The notes under the pieces were generated by a model. That model had not been told where the DNA came from. It worked only from the letters and a program-made list of their open reading frames with translations, and searched no databases. Both the position numbers and the translations under genes were made by a program. This document shows positions 38,798 to 48,432 of a DNA stretch of 64,000 nt, piece after piece (positions within the stretch are counted from its first letter, which is position 1; each line of letters begins with the position of its first letter). The stretch spans positions 1-64,000 of the IMG/VR virus record IMGVR_UViG_3300031227_000032. One strand, 5' to 3'. Origin of the DNA: a virus.

Positions 38798-39081
38798 TGG
38801 CAACTGATAACACAAGTCATAAGATGATCCCGCTATCTGTATTCACCCGCACGCTGGCGCGGCTGGATGCGATAAAGCGCGGCACTGAGTTCATGCACTG
38901 CCCCAAATGTAAGGGTCTCGGCGGATGGAATGGCCCGTTGGCGGACGGTGATTTCAAATTCAATAAATGCGCCTATTGCAATGATAGCGGCATCGTTGTT
39001 AGGCCAGATGAGGTAGCGTTTGATTGGTGCGCAGAGATAATCCGTGAGGAAATTGAACGATGCCCAGATGCAACGCGGTGA
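38794..39081 (+). CDS. Zinc-ribbon protein
   Basis: CPKCKG...CAYC. Confidence 0.55.
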   Translation: MMATDNTSHKMIPLSVFTRTLARLDAIKRGTEFMHCPKCKGLGGWNGPLADGDFKFNKCAYCNDSGIVVRPDEVAFDWCAEIIREEIERCPDATR

Positions 39082-39109
39082 GATTGTAGCGCGATTTTCT
39101 GGAAACAGC

Positions 39110-39172
39110 TTGACATTGCTGAAAGGTCGTGGTATACTATGACCAGTTAGCAACTTTGGAGGAAACGAAATG
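39110..39172 (+). promoter_or_regulatory. Promoter plus conserved leader (copy 4)
   Basis: TTGACA-17-TATACT-5nt-CAGTTAGCAAC...GGAGGAAACGAAATG. Confidence 0.8.
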
Positions 39173-39460
39173 CACCCGAATCAGAAATGCGAAGATCAAA
39201 TTACAGCAAAGGTAGATCGCTTCTGGCAGGATCGCGCCCTGGATATGTTTCGCACCCTCACCAGCAGAAACGGCGATGTACCGGCCTACGGTGATAACAT
39301 GCGAATCTCGGCGAACTGGCCGCAGCGTGGCAGCATCAGCTTTGATCTGCACCCCGAAGAACACCGCGTCTACCTGCGGATGAATAAGAAAGGGTTTCAC
39401 ATCACGCATAAGGCGATCAAGTCAGCCAAAGCGAACCGTGCCAAGCTAAAGGTTGCATAG
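39170..39460 (+). CDS. Hypothetical moron protein
   Basis: 96-aa ORF between leader and terminator. Confidence 0.65.
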   Translation: MHPNQKCEDQITAKVDRFWQDRALDMFRTLTSRNGDVPAYGDNMRISANWPQRGSISFDLHPEEHRVYLRMNKKGFHITHKAIKSAKANRAKLKVA

Positions 39461-39487
39461 CTAACAAATCCCCAACCGTCGCAGACC

Positions 39488-39512
39488 GCCCCGATTCGTC
39501 GGGGCTTTTTCT
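39488..39512 (+). terminator. Rho-independent terminator
   Basis: GCCCCGA-TTCG-TCGGGGC-TTTTT. Confidence 0.8.
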
Positions 39513-40373
39513 TTAGCTCAGTATCGCGGTAGACGACTGTATATCGAATGCCAGCTCATAGCCGTTGCCAAGTTTCATCTTTGACGGCGACTCAACATCG
39601 CCTGGAATACTCGCTAGCCATCCGGTGTAATCCTTGAAGTATGCGTCTATATCCAGGTCGGGAACCGTACTCACTGCTAAATCTTCGATGTACAGCGTGG
39701 ATTGATTCTCCCACCAATACCACAGCAATGATAGGTTAGGCTGGCCTTGCGGCGTGGATTGATTATCGCCCGTAGCTCTCGTCTGACACCGCACGCTTAA
39801 CGCCGTTACTCCGGTGTTGACAATATCACGCTTTCGCAACGTGCCGCCAGTATCTTTGTACTGACGATTCGATGCAAGTGTAGGCTTCACGTCAAGGCGA
39901 TTCTGCAGCGTCATGTTACGCAGCCAGTTTAGAAACTTGCCGGTAGTGGTATAGCTTGCGATGGTGAGCTTGATCCAATACGCATCTGTGCCGTCAATGG
40001 TATCCTTGCCCCACGCCGACGCGCCGGGTGGATTCTGCACCGCAACGTAGCCGTCCGCCGTGAATCCATTAGTGGAATCATGAAACGGATTGCTACCATT
40101 GAATGCAGTCCAACCGGCAGCGCCGTTACTATACGCCCATGTGATAGCCCCCACCACAGGCGCTGTATCCCCCACGCGGTAGCCAAAGGTGCCCGGTATG
40201 GCATCCCAGCCTAGATACATAATATCGCTATCAGCAGACCACAGCGCATTACCAGCGCCCGTCAGGTCGTTTACATCGCTATCATAATCGTCAGCAACCG
40301 AGCCGCCCGAATCGCGTCTGCAGTATTCGGGGTAATCGTCAGTTTGCGTAATGCGTACTTCTTTACGTGACAT
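39513..40373 (-). CDS. Distal tail (Dit-like) protein
   Basis: Directly after tape measure; D.TNGF..DG / YW.K insert domain. Confidence 0.5.
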   Translation of the reverse strand: MSRKEVRITQTDDYPEYCRRDSGGSVADDYDSDVNDLTGAGNALWSADSDIMYLGWDAIPGTFGYRVGDTAPVVGAITWAYSNGAAGWTAFNGSNPFHDSTNGFTADGYVAVQNPPGASAWGKDTIDGTDAYWIKLTIASYTTTGKFLNWLRNMTLQNRLDVKPTLASNRQYKDTGGTLRKRDIVNTGVTALSVRCQTRATGDNQSTPQGQPNLSLLWYWWENQSTLYIEDLAVSTVPDLDIDAYFKDYTGWLASIPGDVESPSKMKLGNGYELAFDIQSSTAILS

Positions 40374-43300
40374 TTAATAACCCGTCGTGCGCATTTGCCC
40401 ACGTAGTGTATTGCCGCGCGATACTTGCTGTAACCGTTGCGCTTTCGTGACGTTCAGCATTTCTGACAGCAGCCGTTCGCGTTCATTGTTAGTATCGAAT
40501 ACATAGATCGGATTGCTGGTAGACTCGCCACGGTTTTTCTTGCCGCCGAATAGTCCGCCGAATAGTGCTGATATTCCAGCGCCCAGGAATCCGCCGATGA
40601 CAGGCCCGAAGCCGCCCATGCTACCAAAGCTGGACGTGATAGCCTGTGTGAGTGGCTGTACAATCGCGTCCGCCACGCCTGACCAATCGTTAGTGCTTAC
40701 CGCTGTGAATAGTGCATCGCCTAGCTGCGCGGTGAATAGCGTAGCCGTCTGCTGTGCTTGCTGTGCGATTTGCTCAGTAGCTCCACCAGTAGCGCCCAGA
40801 CCGGACGCATCAGCCGTGCCTCAACCGCCAGGGCCGCAAGCCGCATTACTTTCGCCGTATGTAGGATCATACCCACCGGCCATAATGCCGATACCGCGCA
40901 TCTCCAAGCCGAGTGCTGCAGCCCCAACGCCCATGTGTGATTGTTGAGCAACAGCGCCTAGTGCCCGTCCGCCAATGTCAGCAGGGGTGTTACGAATCCA
41001 ACCTGCGCTATCACTACCACCCGACTGGGCGGCCACATCAGCGGCTAGACTTAACGCATCATTAACTGTCCGCTTGGCCGTTGCCAGTGAGCCTATTAAT
41101 GATCGCTCGATAGCATCAGTAACCGCCATAATCGAAGCCACTGATGCGGTCTGCATTGCAGTAAACGCACTGACCATTTCAGTATGCAGATCAGTAACGC
41201 GCTGTAAGACACGTGGCACGGATTCATCTACAGTGTCATAAATCCCTTTCCACATGTCAGGCCAGATTGAATGGCCTACAATGAGATCCCACGCCCATTG
41301 AAATGGAGCCACTACGTTCTTTGCGAATGTCTCGATCTCTTTAACGACCTTGCCTACAAATTCAGTTACGGTAGCCCATATGCCATCCCACAAGCCAACC
41401 CAGAACTCCGTTATATCAGTATTGACGTTTTCGAACCATTCAGTAATATCATCAATGAAGCCAGATATAAACTCGCCAGTATTAGCAGCAATTGTATCAG
41501 CAGTATCGGCGATAGTTTGCCATGCTCCCGACCAATCGCCAGTAATCAATTTCAGCCCAACCTCGAAGATACCACCGACAATAGCAAGCGCGTTTTTAAC
41601 AACAAGTTTGATCGCATTCCATACGGTTGAAATGACAAGCTTAATGCTTTCCCACACAATGCTAACAGCGGCCATGAACGGCGGCCCCCACTTATCCCAT
41701 ATGATCTTGATAGCATCCAACGTAACGCTAAATGCTTCTTTAATCAGTGGCCAGTTTTTCATCCACCAATCAATGATCGGCTGTACTAACTCCAGCGCCT
41801 CAGCGCCAAGCCAACCGAATACCTCACCGGCTTTATCCCTTATGGCAGTGAGTGTCGGACTGATTTTATCCTTGACTTCCTGAATCTTTTCTGCGAACGC
41901 GCTAGCCTTTTGTTCACCCTCAGTCAACGGCCCGACGAATCCGTCAGCAGGTGCTTTGCCTGTCAACGCATCCCATGCTGCGCGAACTGTTTCAATCCTT
42001 TCGGCCAGAACTTGCGCGCTAACCTCCGCCTCACTCAATGGCCCGATAAATCCCGACTGAATCTTATCCGGCCCCTGCCCAGTCAATGCCAGCCATGCCG
42101 CCTTGACAACATCCATAGCCTGTGCTATCTGCGGGAAGTTGCTGTCAGCAAATGATTTAATCTTACCCCAGTTGGCGATGATCAACGCACCGCCCGCCAC
42201 AATAGCAGCTACAGCAATCCCGATAGGGCCAGTCATGGCGGTAAATGCAACACCAATACCTGGCGCGGCAGCTACTATGTTCCCAATGATCATCAGCAAC
42301 GGGCCAAGTGAAGCTACCACTCCGGCGGCAATCACTCCGAAATTCAATAATACTGGATTGGTTTTTGCCAGATTTTGCACGAACGGTATTGCGGCTTCAA
42401 CTAATGAGACAAAGCCGTCAAGCAGTCCGCTGTCTGAGATTGACAAGCCTAAGCCCTGCACTGCTGAACTGAGTCGCGTCAATACCGGCGTTACTTCTGT
42501 AGCGATCCGCGCAGCCGTGCCAGCCGAGGCCAGGTTCGCCTCAGATAGTCTTTCTAGTGCCGCGCTGCCCTGATTCACCAATGCGGCCATAGCTGGCCCT
42601 GCACGCTGTCCAAAAATAGTCATAAGCTCAGCGGTTCTTTCCACTTCGCCCATGCCTTCCAATCCCTCTTCAAACTGCGCGATGATATCAACAAGCGGCA
42701 GCATAGCACCATCCGCACCTTCAATACTAACTTTGAGTTTCTTAAGGGATGCAGTGGCCTTTGCGCCTGGATTGATCAGTAGCGATATAGCGGTCTTGAG
42801 TGACGTACCCGCCATGCTTCCCTGAATACCAGCGTTACCTAACAGACCAACAGCGGCAGCGACCTCTTCAAACACAAGCCCAGATGATGATGCAATCGGG
42901 CCTACGAACTTCATTGATTCGCCAAGCATCCGCAGATCAACATTGGCGCTAGTGAATGTGTTAGTCATTACATCCGCTACGCGCGTCATTTCAGTGGCCT
43001 CAAGGCCGAAACCAGTCAGGATGTTAGACGCAATATCGGCAGTAGTCGCTAGATCAATCTGACCAGCGGCGGCAGCGTTCAACACACCGGGCAACGCGCC
43101 GATAATATCCACAGCCTTGAAGCCCGCCATTGCGAGGAAGCTCTGTGCATCAGCGGCTTGCTTGGCTGTAAACGCCGTGGTCTCGCCAAGCATTTTGGAC
43201 TGCTTACGTAGCTTCGCAAACTCTTCAGCGGTGGCACCTGACAATGCACGCACGCGATTCATCGAGTTCTGAAAGTCAATGCCGAGCTTAATGATCGCAG

Positions 43301-43502
43301 CGCCGACGCCGACGATAGGCAACGTCAAGCCCATCGTCATTTTTCTGCCGACGCCCGCCATCTGACTGCCCGTCTTTTTCCACGCGGCGGCTGTCTTTTG
43401 CGCAGCAGTGACGCCCTTTTTACCAGCGTCAGTCAGCGGCTTGCTGAGCTTGTCTTTCAGCTCTAGTACAACCTCTAAGATTTTCTGATCAGTGTTTGCC
43501 AT
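40374..43502 (-). CDS. Tail tape measure protein (TP901 type), 1042 aa if the in-frame TGA at 40821-40823 is read through
   Basis: PhageMin_Tail core (FTAKQAADAQSFLAMAG, GIQGSMAGT), W/F helical repeats; frame stays open past TGA into a typical TMP Gly-rich C-terminus (GGFLGAGISALFGGLFG), TAA abutting the next ATG. Confidence 0.85.
40784..40820 (-). promoter_or_regulatory. Putative bacterial SECIS after TMP UGA
   Basis: UGA-12nt-GCGUCC-GGUCU-GGGCGC; GGUCU at +22..+26. Confidence 0.65.
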
Positions 43503-43845
43503 TCTTTTTACTGCTCGCCTTTTCTTTAGCCGCGTCAAGCTCGGCTATTTTTCTGTCAATCACGCCCATCGCAGATATGTACCAAACAGGTTGATCCTCA
43601 AGCCCGCCTGCACGGAATGAGAATCCATTTTTGTAATGAGCATATAGCCCATTCAAGTAAACGCTCAGTTCGGATACATCTTTCCACGGGCAGTGGGTAG
43701 CATAGATAGGCTCTATGCAATCCCCCACCCGTCGCTCGTCAATCTGCAGCATCCCATCTGTACAACCTACTCTACAGTTAGCTTCGTCAAAGTTGCATCC
43801 GGAACATCGGTCTCCGATTCCGTGCTGGAGTTTGATGTAAAATTT
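43489..43845 (-). CDS. Tail assembly chaperone T domain (-1 frameshift product)
   Basis: GGLEDQP.WY motif; -1 frame open from the slippery site to the stop. Confidence 0.7.
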   Translation of the reverse strand, partial: KFYIKLQHGIGDRCSGCNFDEANCRVGCTDGMLQIDERRVGDCIEPIYATHCPWKDVSELSVYLNGLYAHYKNGFSFRAGGLEDQPVWYISAMGVIDRKIAELDAAKEKASSKKNGKH

Positions 43846-44222
43846 ACATCGGCAGTTTCCTCCTTATTCAGCCCGCCGATAGCCTCACTGACTGTAAGTG
43901 CGATATTCGTAATCAACTCCAGCGGAAGGCGCTTCATTGATGCCTTGTCAATAACATCCTCACGCTCCCCGCAAACCTTGACCTTCTCGAACGTCGGTTT
44001 GAAATCCTCACCGTCGTCTTGCAATCCTTCGATGTCAGTCAACATCAACTTAACCAGCATGTAATTCAGCTCGCCGCCGTTCACTTCGCCGTGCTTATCA
44101 GTGACATTGCCGATCAGCCAGAATTGCATACGGTTATCAATGTCGCGGATTTGGTAGCGCACACTATCATCGCATTCAGCGGTGAACCATCCACCGGTTA
44201 CTTTTGGGGACAATACTTGCAT
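43767..44222 (-). CDS. Tail assembly chaperone G
   Basis: Between major tail and TMP; slippery A-AAT-TTT at 43839..43845. Confidence 0.75.
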   Translation of the reverse strand: MQVLSPKVTGGWFTAECDDSVRYQIRDIDNRMQFWLIGNVTDKHGEVNGGELNYMLVKLMLTDIEGLQDDGEDFKPTFEKVKVCGEREDVIDKASMKRLPLELITNIALTVSEAIGGLNKEETADVNFTSNSSTESETDVPDATLTKLTVE

Positions 44223-44231
44223 CTCAAACTC

Positions 44232-45131
44232 CTATGTATACACAATAGTAAATCCGTCTTCGCCAGACTCATCAGACATACGGCAACTCACCGTGATATC
44301 GTGGAAGCCATTGCTGTTTCCGAAGTCAGGCTCGACATTGAAATAGCCATCCATGTTGTAGGTAATAATGTTGCCAGCATCGGAACCTACAATCGCGTTC
44401 AGCGTAGTCTTAGTACCGGCAGTAGCGGATGCGAAAATATCATACGCAGCAACGGTGGTTAGCCTGAATGTGGTCGTGTAGATGACCTCACGATTGCTAA
44501 GCTCTGGGTCTTGAATGCCGTTCGTACCTGCGATATCTTCGTCAGGATCAGGGAACGCATTACCGAGCGTAATGGTAGCGCCCTTAATGTTCAACGTCTT
44601 ACCGCCAACGGTAAAGGTCAAGCCCTTACAGATCGGCTGTAACGCACCTGTCACGGTTGCGGCAGTACCGGACGCATCAGTCGGCGCTGTGTAGGTTCCG
44701 GAGCCTGTCCAGCTTTCCTTCACAGGCTCGTTCGGAGTGAATGTCCATGTCGGATTAAGCACTGTGCTGTTGCCGCTGATTAGATATGTGTTACCTGGAT
44801 AGTAGTCAATATCCACTGCGCTAAATGTCAGCGCGGGTGTCAATGAATAGGTTACGCTAGTAGCGCCGACAGTGACTCCCTCCATACCACTAGCGAGCAG
44901 TAATTTGTCAACTGGCGGCACAACTCCAGCAGGCGCACCCGCGCCCCTGGCGTAAGTTGCAAACGATACATTGCTGTACAACGCCCCCGCCTGCGGACGA
45001 TCACGGATAGACAGCGGCATCATGTCAGCATTATCGTGGTAGCCCACCTTTGGAGTGATGTCCAATTCCATCACTTTGTGACCGGCACTATCAAACTCAA
45101 CGCGGTCAAGTGCCATAATTAGATTCGCCAT
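44232..45131 (-). CDS. Major tail (tube) protein
   Basis: 299 aa Thr/Gly-rich beta protein, LLLASG...VTY, position. Confidence 0.7.
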   Translation of the reverse strand: MANLIMALDRVEFDSAGHKVMELDITPKVGYHDNADMMPLSIRDRPQAGALYSNVSFATYARGAGAPAGVVPPVDKLLLASGMEGVTVGATSVTYSLTPALTFSAVDIDYYPGNTYLISGNSTVLNPTWTFTPNEPVKESWTGSGTYTAPTDASGTAATVTGALQPICKGLTFTVGGKTLNIKGATITLGNAFPDPDEDIAGTNGIQDPELSNREVIYTTTFRLTTVAAYDIFASATAGTKTTLNAIVGSDAGNIITYNMDGYFNVEPDFGNSNGFHDITVSCRMSDESGEDGFTIVYT

Positions 45132-45146
45132 AAATTCCCCCTGCGG

Positions 45147-45380
45147 TTAGATCCGCGTTAGTTCTTTAAGTTTACGTTGATAGCCCATAGACTTCCACGC
45201 TTGAAATCCGATGCGCTCAATCACATTACACGCATCATTGTAAGTATAGGGCTTCGGGATAGTACCCAGCTCTGCGCGCTTTGGAAAGTATAGCGTGACA
45301 GGTGCAAGCGGCGCGCGTATTGCACGATCCATCACTTCTGGGTTGACCGCTTTACGGCGGGCCTGTACCTTTTTCTTCAT
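45147..45380 (-). CDS. Small basic hypothetical protein
   Basis: 77-aa ORF in neck operon. Confidence 0.5.
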   Translation of the reverse strand: MKKKVQARRKAVNPEVMDRAIRAPLAPVTLYFPKRAELGTIPKPYTYNDACNVIERIGFQAWKSMGYQRKLKELTRI

Positions 45381-45826
45381 TATGCAAACTCCTGTTCAAT
45401 CACTATATCTACTGAACGAATACGCTGATGTAATCCGCTATCCTGTACATTGTGTACTGTCGTTTCATTGTTAGCTGAGATGTTAAGGCATGTCTCAGTA
45501 CCGTCACTGTCGGGTAATCTTGTTTTAGCAGCCTGTTCGCAGTATTTCACAAGATCATCCGAGATACCCCTGGCTACCGCCTCTGTAGTGTCAGACGAAT
45601 TATAGTACAGTGACAAGTCAAGTGATAGGTTAATCTCACGTGATGCCGTAGTGAAGCGGTCGATCAATGTCTCACCGCGTTCCGCTACGATCAGCAGTGG
45701 AAAGTCAGAATCAGTTGCGGACGTGACGGGGATTGGCCCGTCCTCAAAGCCCTTGATTGCTGCAATGTTTGTATCAAGGTATGTTATCAGTGCTGTTATT
45801 ACCGCGTTGCGTGATTGATTAGCCAT
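45380..45826 (-). CDS. Tail terminator-like protein
   Basis: R.A.I.AL...FP.L.V pattern; position. Confidence 0.6.
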   Translation of the reverse strand: MANQSRNAVITALITYLDTNIAAIKGFEDGPIPVTSATDSDFPLLIVAERGETLIDRFTTASREINLSLDLSLYYNSSDTTEAVARGISDDLVKYCEQAAKTRLPDSDGTETCLNISANNETTVHNVQDSGLHQRIRSVDIVIEQEFA

Positions 45827-46225
45827 TTAGTCTTTCCATGTGATAATATCTTTCAACCGTTGCATCAGTCCTTCTGATTCCTCGCGGATAGGGATGCCCA
45901 AAAACTCACGCGCCTTGATATGCTTAGTACCATGCTCCAGATACTTGGCATATGTCGTGGTTGCCTTTAGCCCGATAGCGTCGTTCTTGAGTCCGACACG
46001 AATGACGTTCGCACGGCGCTCAGTGAAACGCTGAATCCTTCTAAACAATTCACCGCTCTGACGATTCAATACGCTATCATAAAAGCCCTTGGCACGTCGC
46101 AAGAACTTCCATGACAATCCGCGCATTTCATCTTTGACTACTTGCGGATTGCGCTTCGCAGTTTCGTTCAATAGCTTGTTAATCGCAGGGCTAAGCTCTT
46201 CTAAGGTAACCGTTTCTTTAGACAT
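45827..46225 (-). CDS. HK97 gp10-like tail completion protein
   Basis: SGEL...YAKYLEHGT..IKAREFL. Confidence 0.75.
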   Translation of the reverse strand: MSKETVTLEELSPAINKLLNETAKRNPQVVKDEMRGLSWKFLRRAKGFYDSVLNRQSGELFRRIQRFTERRANVIRVGLKNDAIGLKATTTYAKYLEHGTKHIKAREFLGIPIREESEGLMQRLKDIITWKD

Positions 46226-46887
46226 TAGTATGACCTGCGGATATATCCGTCCAGCACGGTCTTAACTTCTGGCGTCATGCCCTTATTGAATCGCTGGATT
46301 AGAAACTCCTGTCCGGTAACTTCAACGCCCTTCACGCCCAACCTGCCACCGCCGCCGCTTGCGCCCTTGCCCTCTAACCACTTCAGCACAGCCATAGTAC
46401 ACACCGCCCATTCCAGATCAGCGGGCACGCCGAAACTTGCAGTCATGGCTAACGTATCCCAGCTCGTGGTGATGTATCCCGCGATGTAAGTGACTTTGAT
46501 ATTCTCATCACCGATAGGCCACGCGCCGTATTCCGCATCATCCTCTTGCCCCAACTTCGGATAGCGCACGTGGAATGAAATGCCGCGCTCATCTTTCAGC
46601 AGTTGCATGTATGAGGTAGATTCGCTCACATATGTCTCAGTGCCAGTATCCCAAATGCTGACAGCACTTAGCGCAGTGACAGGCTCCTCGTTCAGATACA
46701 ACAGCGTGCGATCATCACCGGAGTAATACTCATCAGTGATGGTAGACGATTCTAGCCGACGGTTGCAGTATTCGTTGACCTCTACTGTCGCAGCTTCAAG
46801 TAACAGCTTGAATGAATCGTCATATGTCGTCTCAGGTTCATTCAGCAGCAAGTCATCTTTCATTACGCTTAATCTACCTAGTGCCAT
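46225..46887 (-). CDS. Head-tail connector (gp6/gp15-like)
   Basis: LLEAA...YCNR, VTYIAGY, VPADL, L..Y.R. Confidence 0.8.
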   Translation of the reverse strand: MALGRLSVMKDDLLLNEPETTYDDSFKLLLEAATVEVNEYCNRRLESSTITDEYYSGDDRTLLYLNEEPVTALSAVSIWDTGTETYVSESTSYMQLLKDERGISFHVRYPKLGQEDDAEYGAWPIGDENIKVTYIAGYITTSWDTLAMTASFGVPADLEWAVCTMAVLKWLEGKGASGGGGRLGVKGVEVTGQEFLIQRFNKGMTPEVKTVLDGYIRRSY

Positions 46888-47513
46888 TGTTGCAATAACT
46901 CCCTGGCCACCGGTACATCGAGTAGCGTTGGCGATAGTGATTCTATTCTGATTCCGTTATCTTGCGCGCGGTATATCATTGTCTGTAATGTGCCGCGCTT
47001 GTAGCCCCAAATGTCCCCCTCAGAGCGCTTGCCGTCACAGGTTGACCCGTCGGCGTGTGCGTGACCTGTCATGTCAACTCCGCAATAAACGATATGCCGA
47101 CACCCTTGCTTAATCAACATGTCAGTCGCAACACCCGCTACAGTGCCGCCCGCAACTAAGTAGCTTTCGCCAAGTCGCTTAGGTGCTTTGTTGTATGCGT
47201 ATTGTCTGCAGGCATACGTCGGGTTATGTTCGCGCATCCGGTGATCCATCAGTGACTCAACGCCGCTATGTAATCCAAACTCCCACCATTGCGGGTTGAT
47301 ACCGGGCGCTTCGGGTGATGTGCATATCCATAGATCGAAGTTGAGCAGGTGTTGTATCGAGCCGTTGACAGCGACAGTGTAGATGTTATCGGGTATGCGG
47401 TTTATGTAAGCGCTACCTAGCGGCCCAGCGCCTACTATGATGGATGGATTAGTTACCGGTAGCTGCGCATCGAATATGTCTATGGGCGTAGTATGTTCTG
47501 AGGAGGTATTCAT
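46878..47513 (-). CDS. DUF115/MptE-like (Maf-type) Rossmann protein
   Basis: IIVGAGP, VAVN, GGTV, YCGVDM. Confidence 0.6.
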   Translation of the reverse strand: MNTSSEHTTPIDIFDAQLPVTNPSIIVGAGPLGSAYINRIPDNIYTVAVNGSIQHLLNFDLWICTSPEAPGINPQWWEFGLHSGVESLMDHRMREHNPTYACRQYAYNKAPKRLGESYLVAGGTVAGVATDMLIKQGCRHIVYCGVDMTGHAHADGSTCDGKRSEGDIWGYKRGTLQTMIYRAQDNGIRIESLSPTLLDVPVARELLQQWH

Positions 47514-48432
47514 GATTGAGGTATTGTGCAACTTCGTATACGCCGGTAGACTGGATACTATTCAGCTTGTTTGTAAGTACAGTTTGATAATCTTCGTTGA
47601 CTAACTTTATGCCGTCCGTCAGCTCTGACAATCGGAATACGCCTGACGGATGTTCATGTATGGGCGGGATGCCAGCGTGATATACCGCCCTGCCCGCCAT
47701 AAGCGCCTCGTATCCAGCGGTAGAGTTGATTGTTACTACCGCATCACACCTTGCTAAATCCTTAGCGTAGGGGCGCTTCATTTGCCAATCGTCGGTTACT
47801 GAGATTTCAACGCCGTCTATCGGATCGCTGAGCATCGGATCAGGATACCACGTTATGTCTGCTGTAAACTCTTTATTCTGTAGCGCAACGCATTTAGGAT
47901 GCGGTCGATATGTCAGCTTTGCGTTAGGTAATATTGTAGACACTTCGGCTACAAGTGTAGATGAATTGTATCCATTGCCGCCGTATGCTAGTGATTGATC
48001 GCTCTGTATCTGTCCAACGATAAGCACGCTTTTAATCTCAGCGTCAGTCTGTAGCGCGGGTTTAGTCGCTATGTATTGCTGCGAGGTCATCGCACGCTGA
48101 AATGTATCTTCGGTGTACAGCGCCCAGTCGAATCTATCGCCTGCATAATGACTAGCGTAGGGTAACGCATAATGCCAGTAGTGTATACCAGCATCGCGGA
48201 ATGCCTGTCGCCGTGCATCATCATGGTCAACGTATTCCATGGCGAGTACTGTATCAATACCGCGCTCTATGCAATCAGCAACGCTATCATCTTCCAGCAG
48301 CCACAACTCGCCGAATGATTTAAGCAACGTCGGCATACGGACTGTATCGGGATGATCGAAGCGCCCGCGTAAATGCGGCATGATGGCAATGTGGCGGTGT
48401 TGTAGCTCGCTGTTAGTGTGGAGTAGTTTCAT
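47449..48432 (-). CDS. Capsule_synth (KpsC/KpsS-like) glycosyltransferase-fold protein
   Basis: GQ..SD.S, YRPHP, VVTINSTAGYEAL..G..V...G. Confidence 0.7.
   Translation of the reverse strand: MKLLHTNSELQHRHIAIMPHLRGRFDHPDTVRMPTLLKSFGELWLLEDDSVADCIERGIDTVLAMEYVDHDDARRQAFRDAGIHYWHYALPYASHYAGDRFDWALYTEDTFQRAMTSQQYIATKPALQTDAEIKSVLIVGQIQSDQSLAYGGNGYNSSTLVAEVSTILPNAKLTYRPHPKCVALQNKEFTADITWYPDPMLSDPIDGVEISVTDDWQMKRPYAKDLARCDAVVTINSTAGYEALMAGRAVYHAGIPPIHEHPSGVFRLSELTDGIKLVNEDYQTVLTNKLNSIQSTGVYEVAQYLNHEYLLRTYYAHRHIRCAATGN

Noticed and set aside
43440-43491. Readthrough of the chaperone T TGA
   Set aside because: It overlaps the TMP start in another frame; no SECIS-like hairpin or Gly/Cys context
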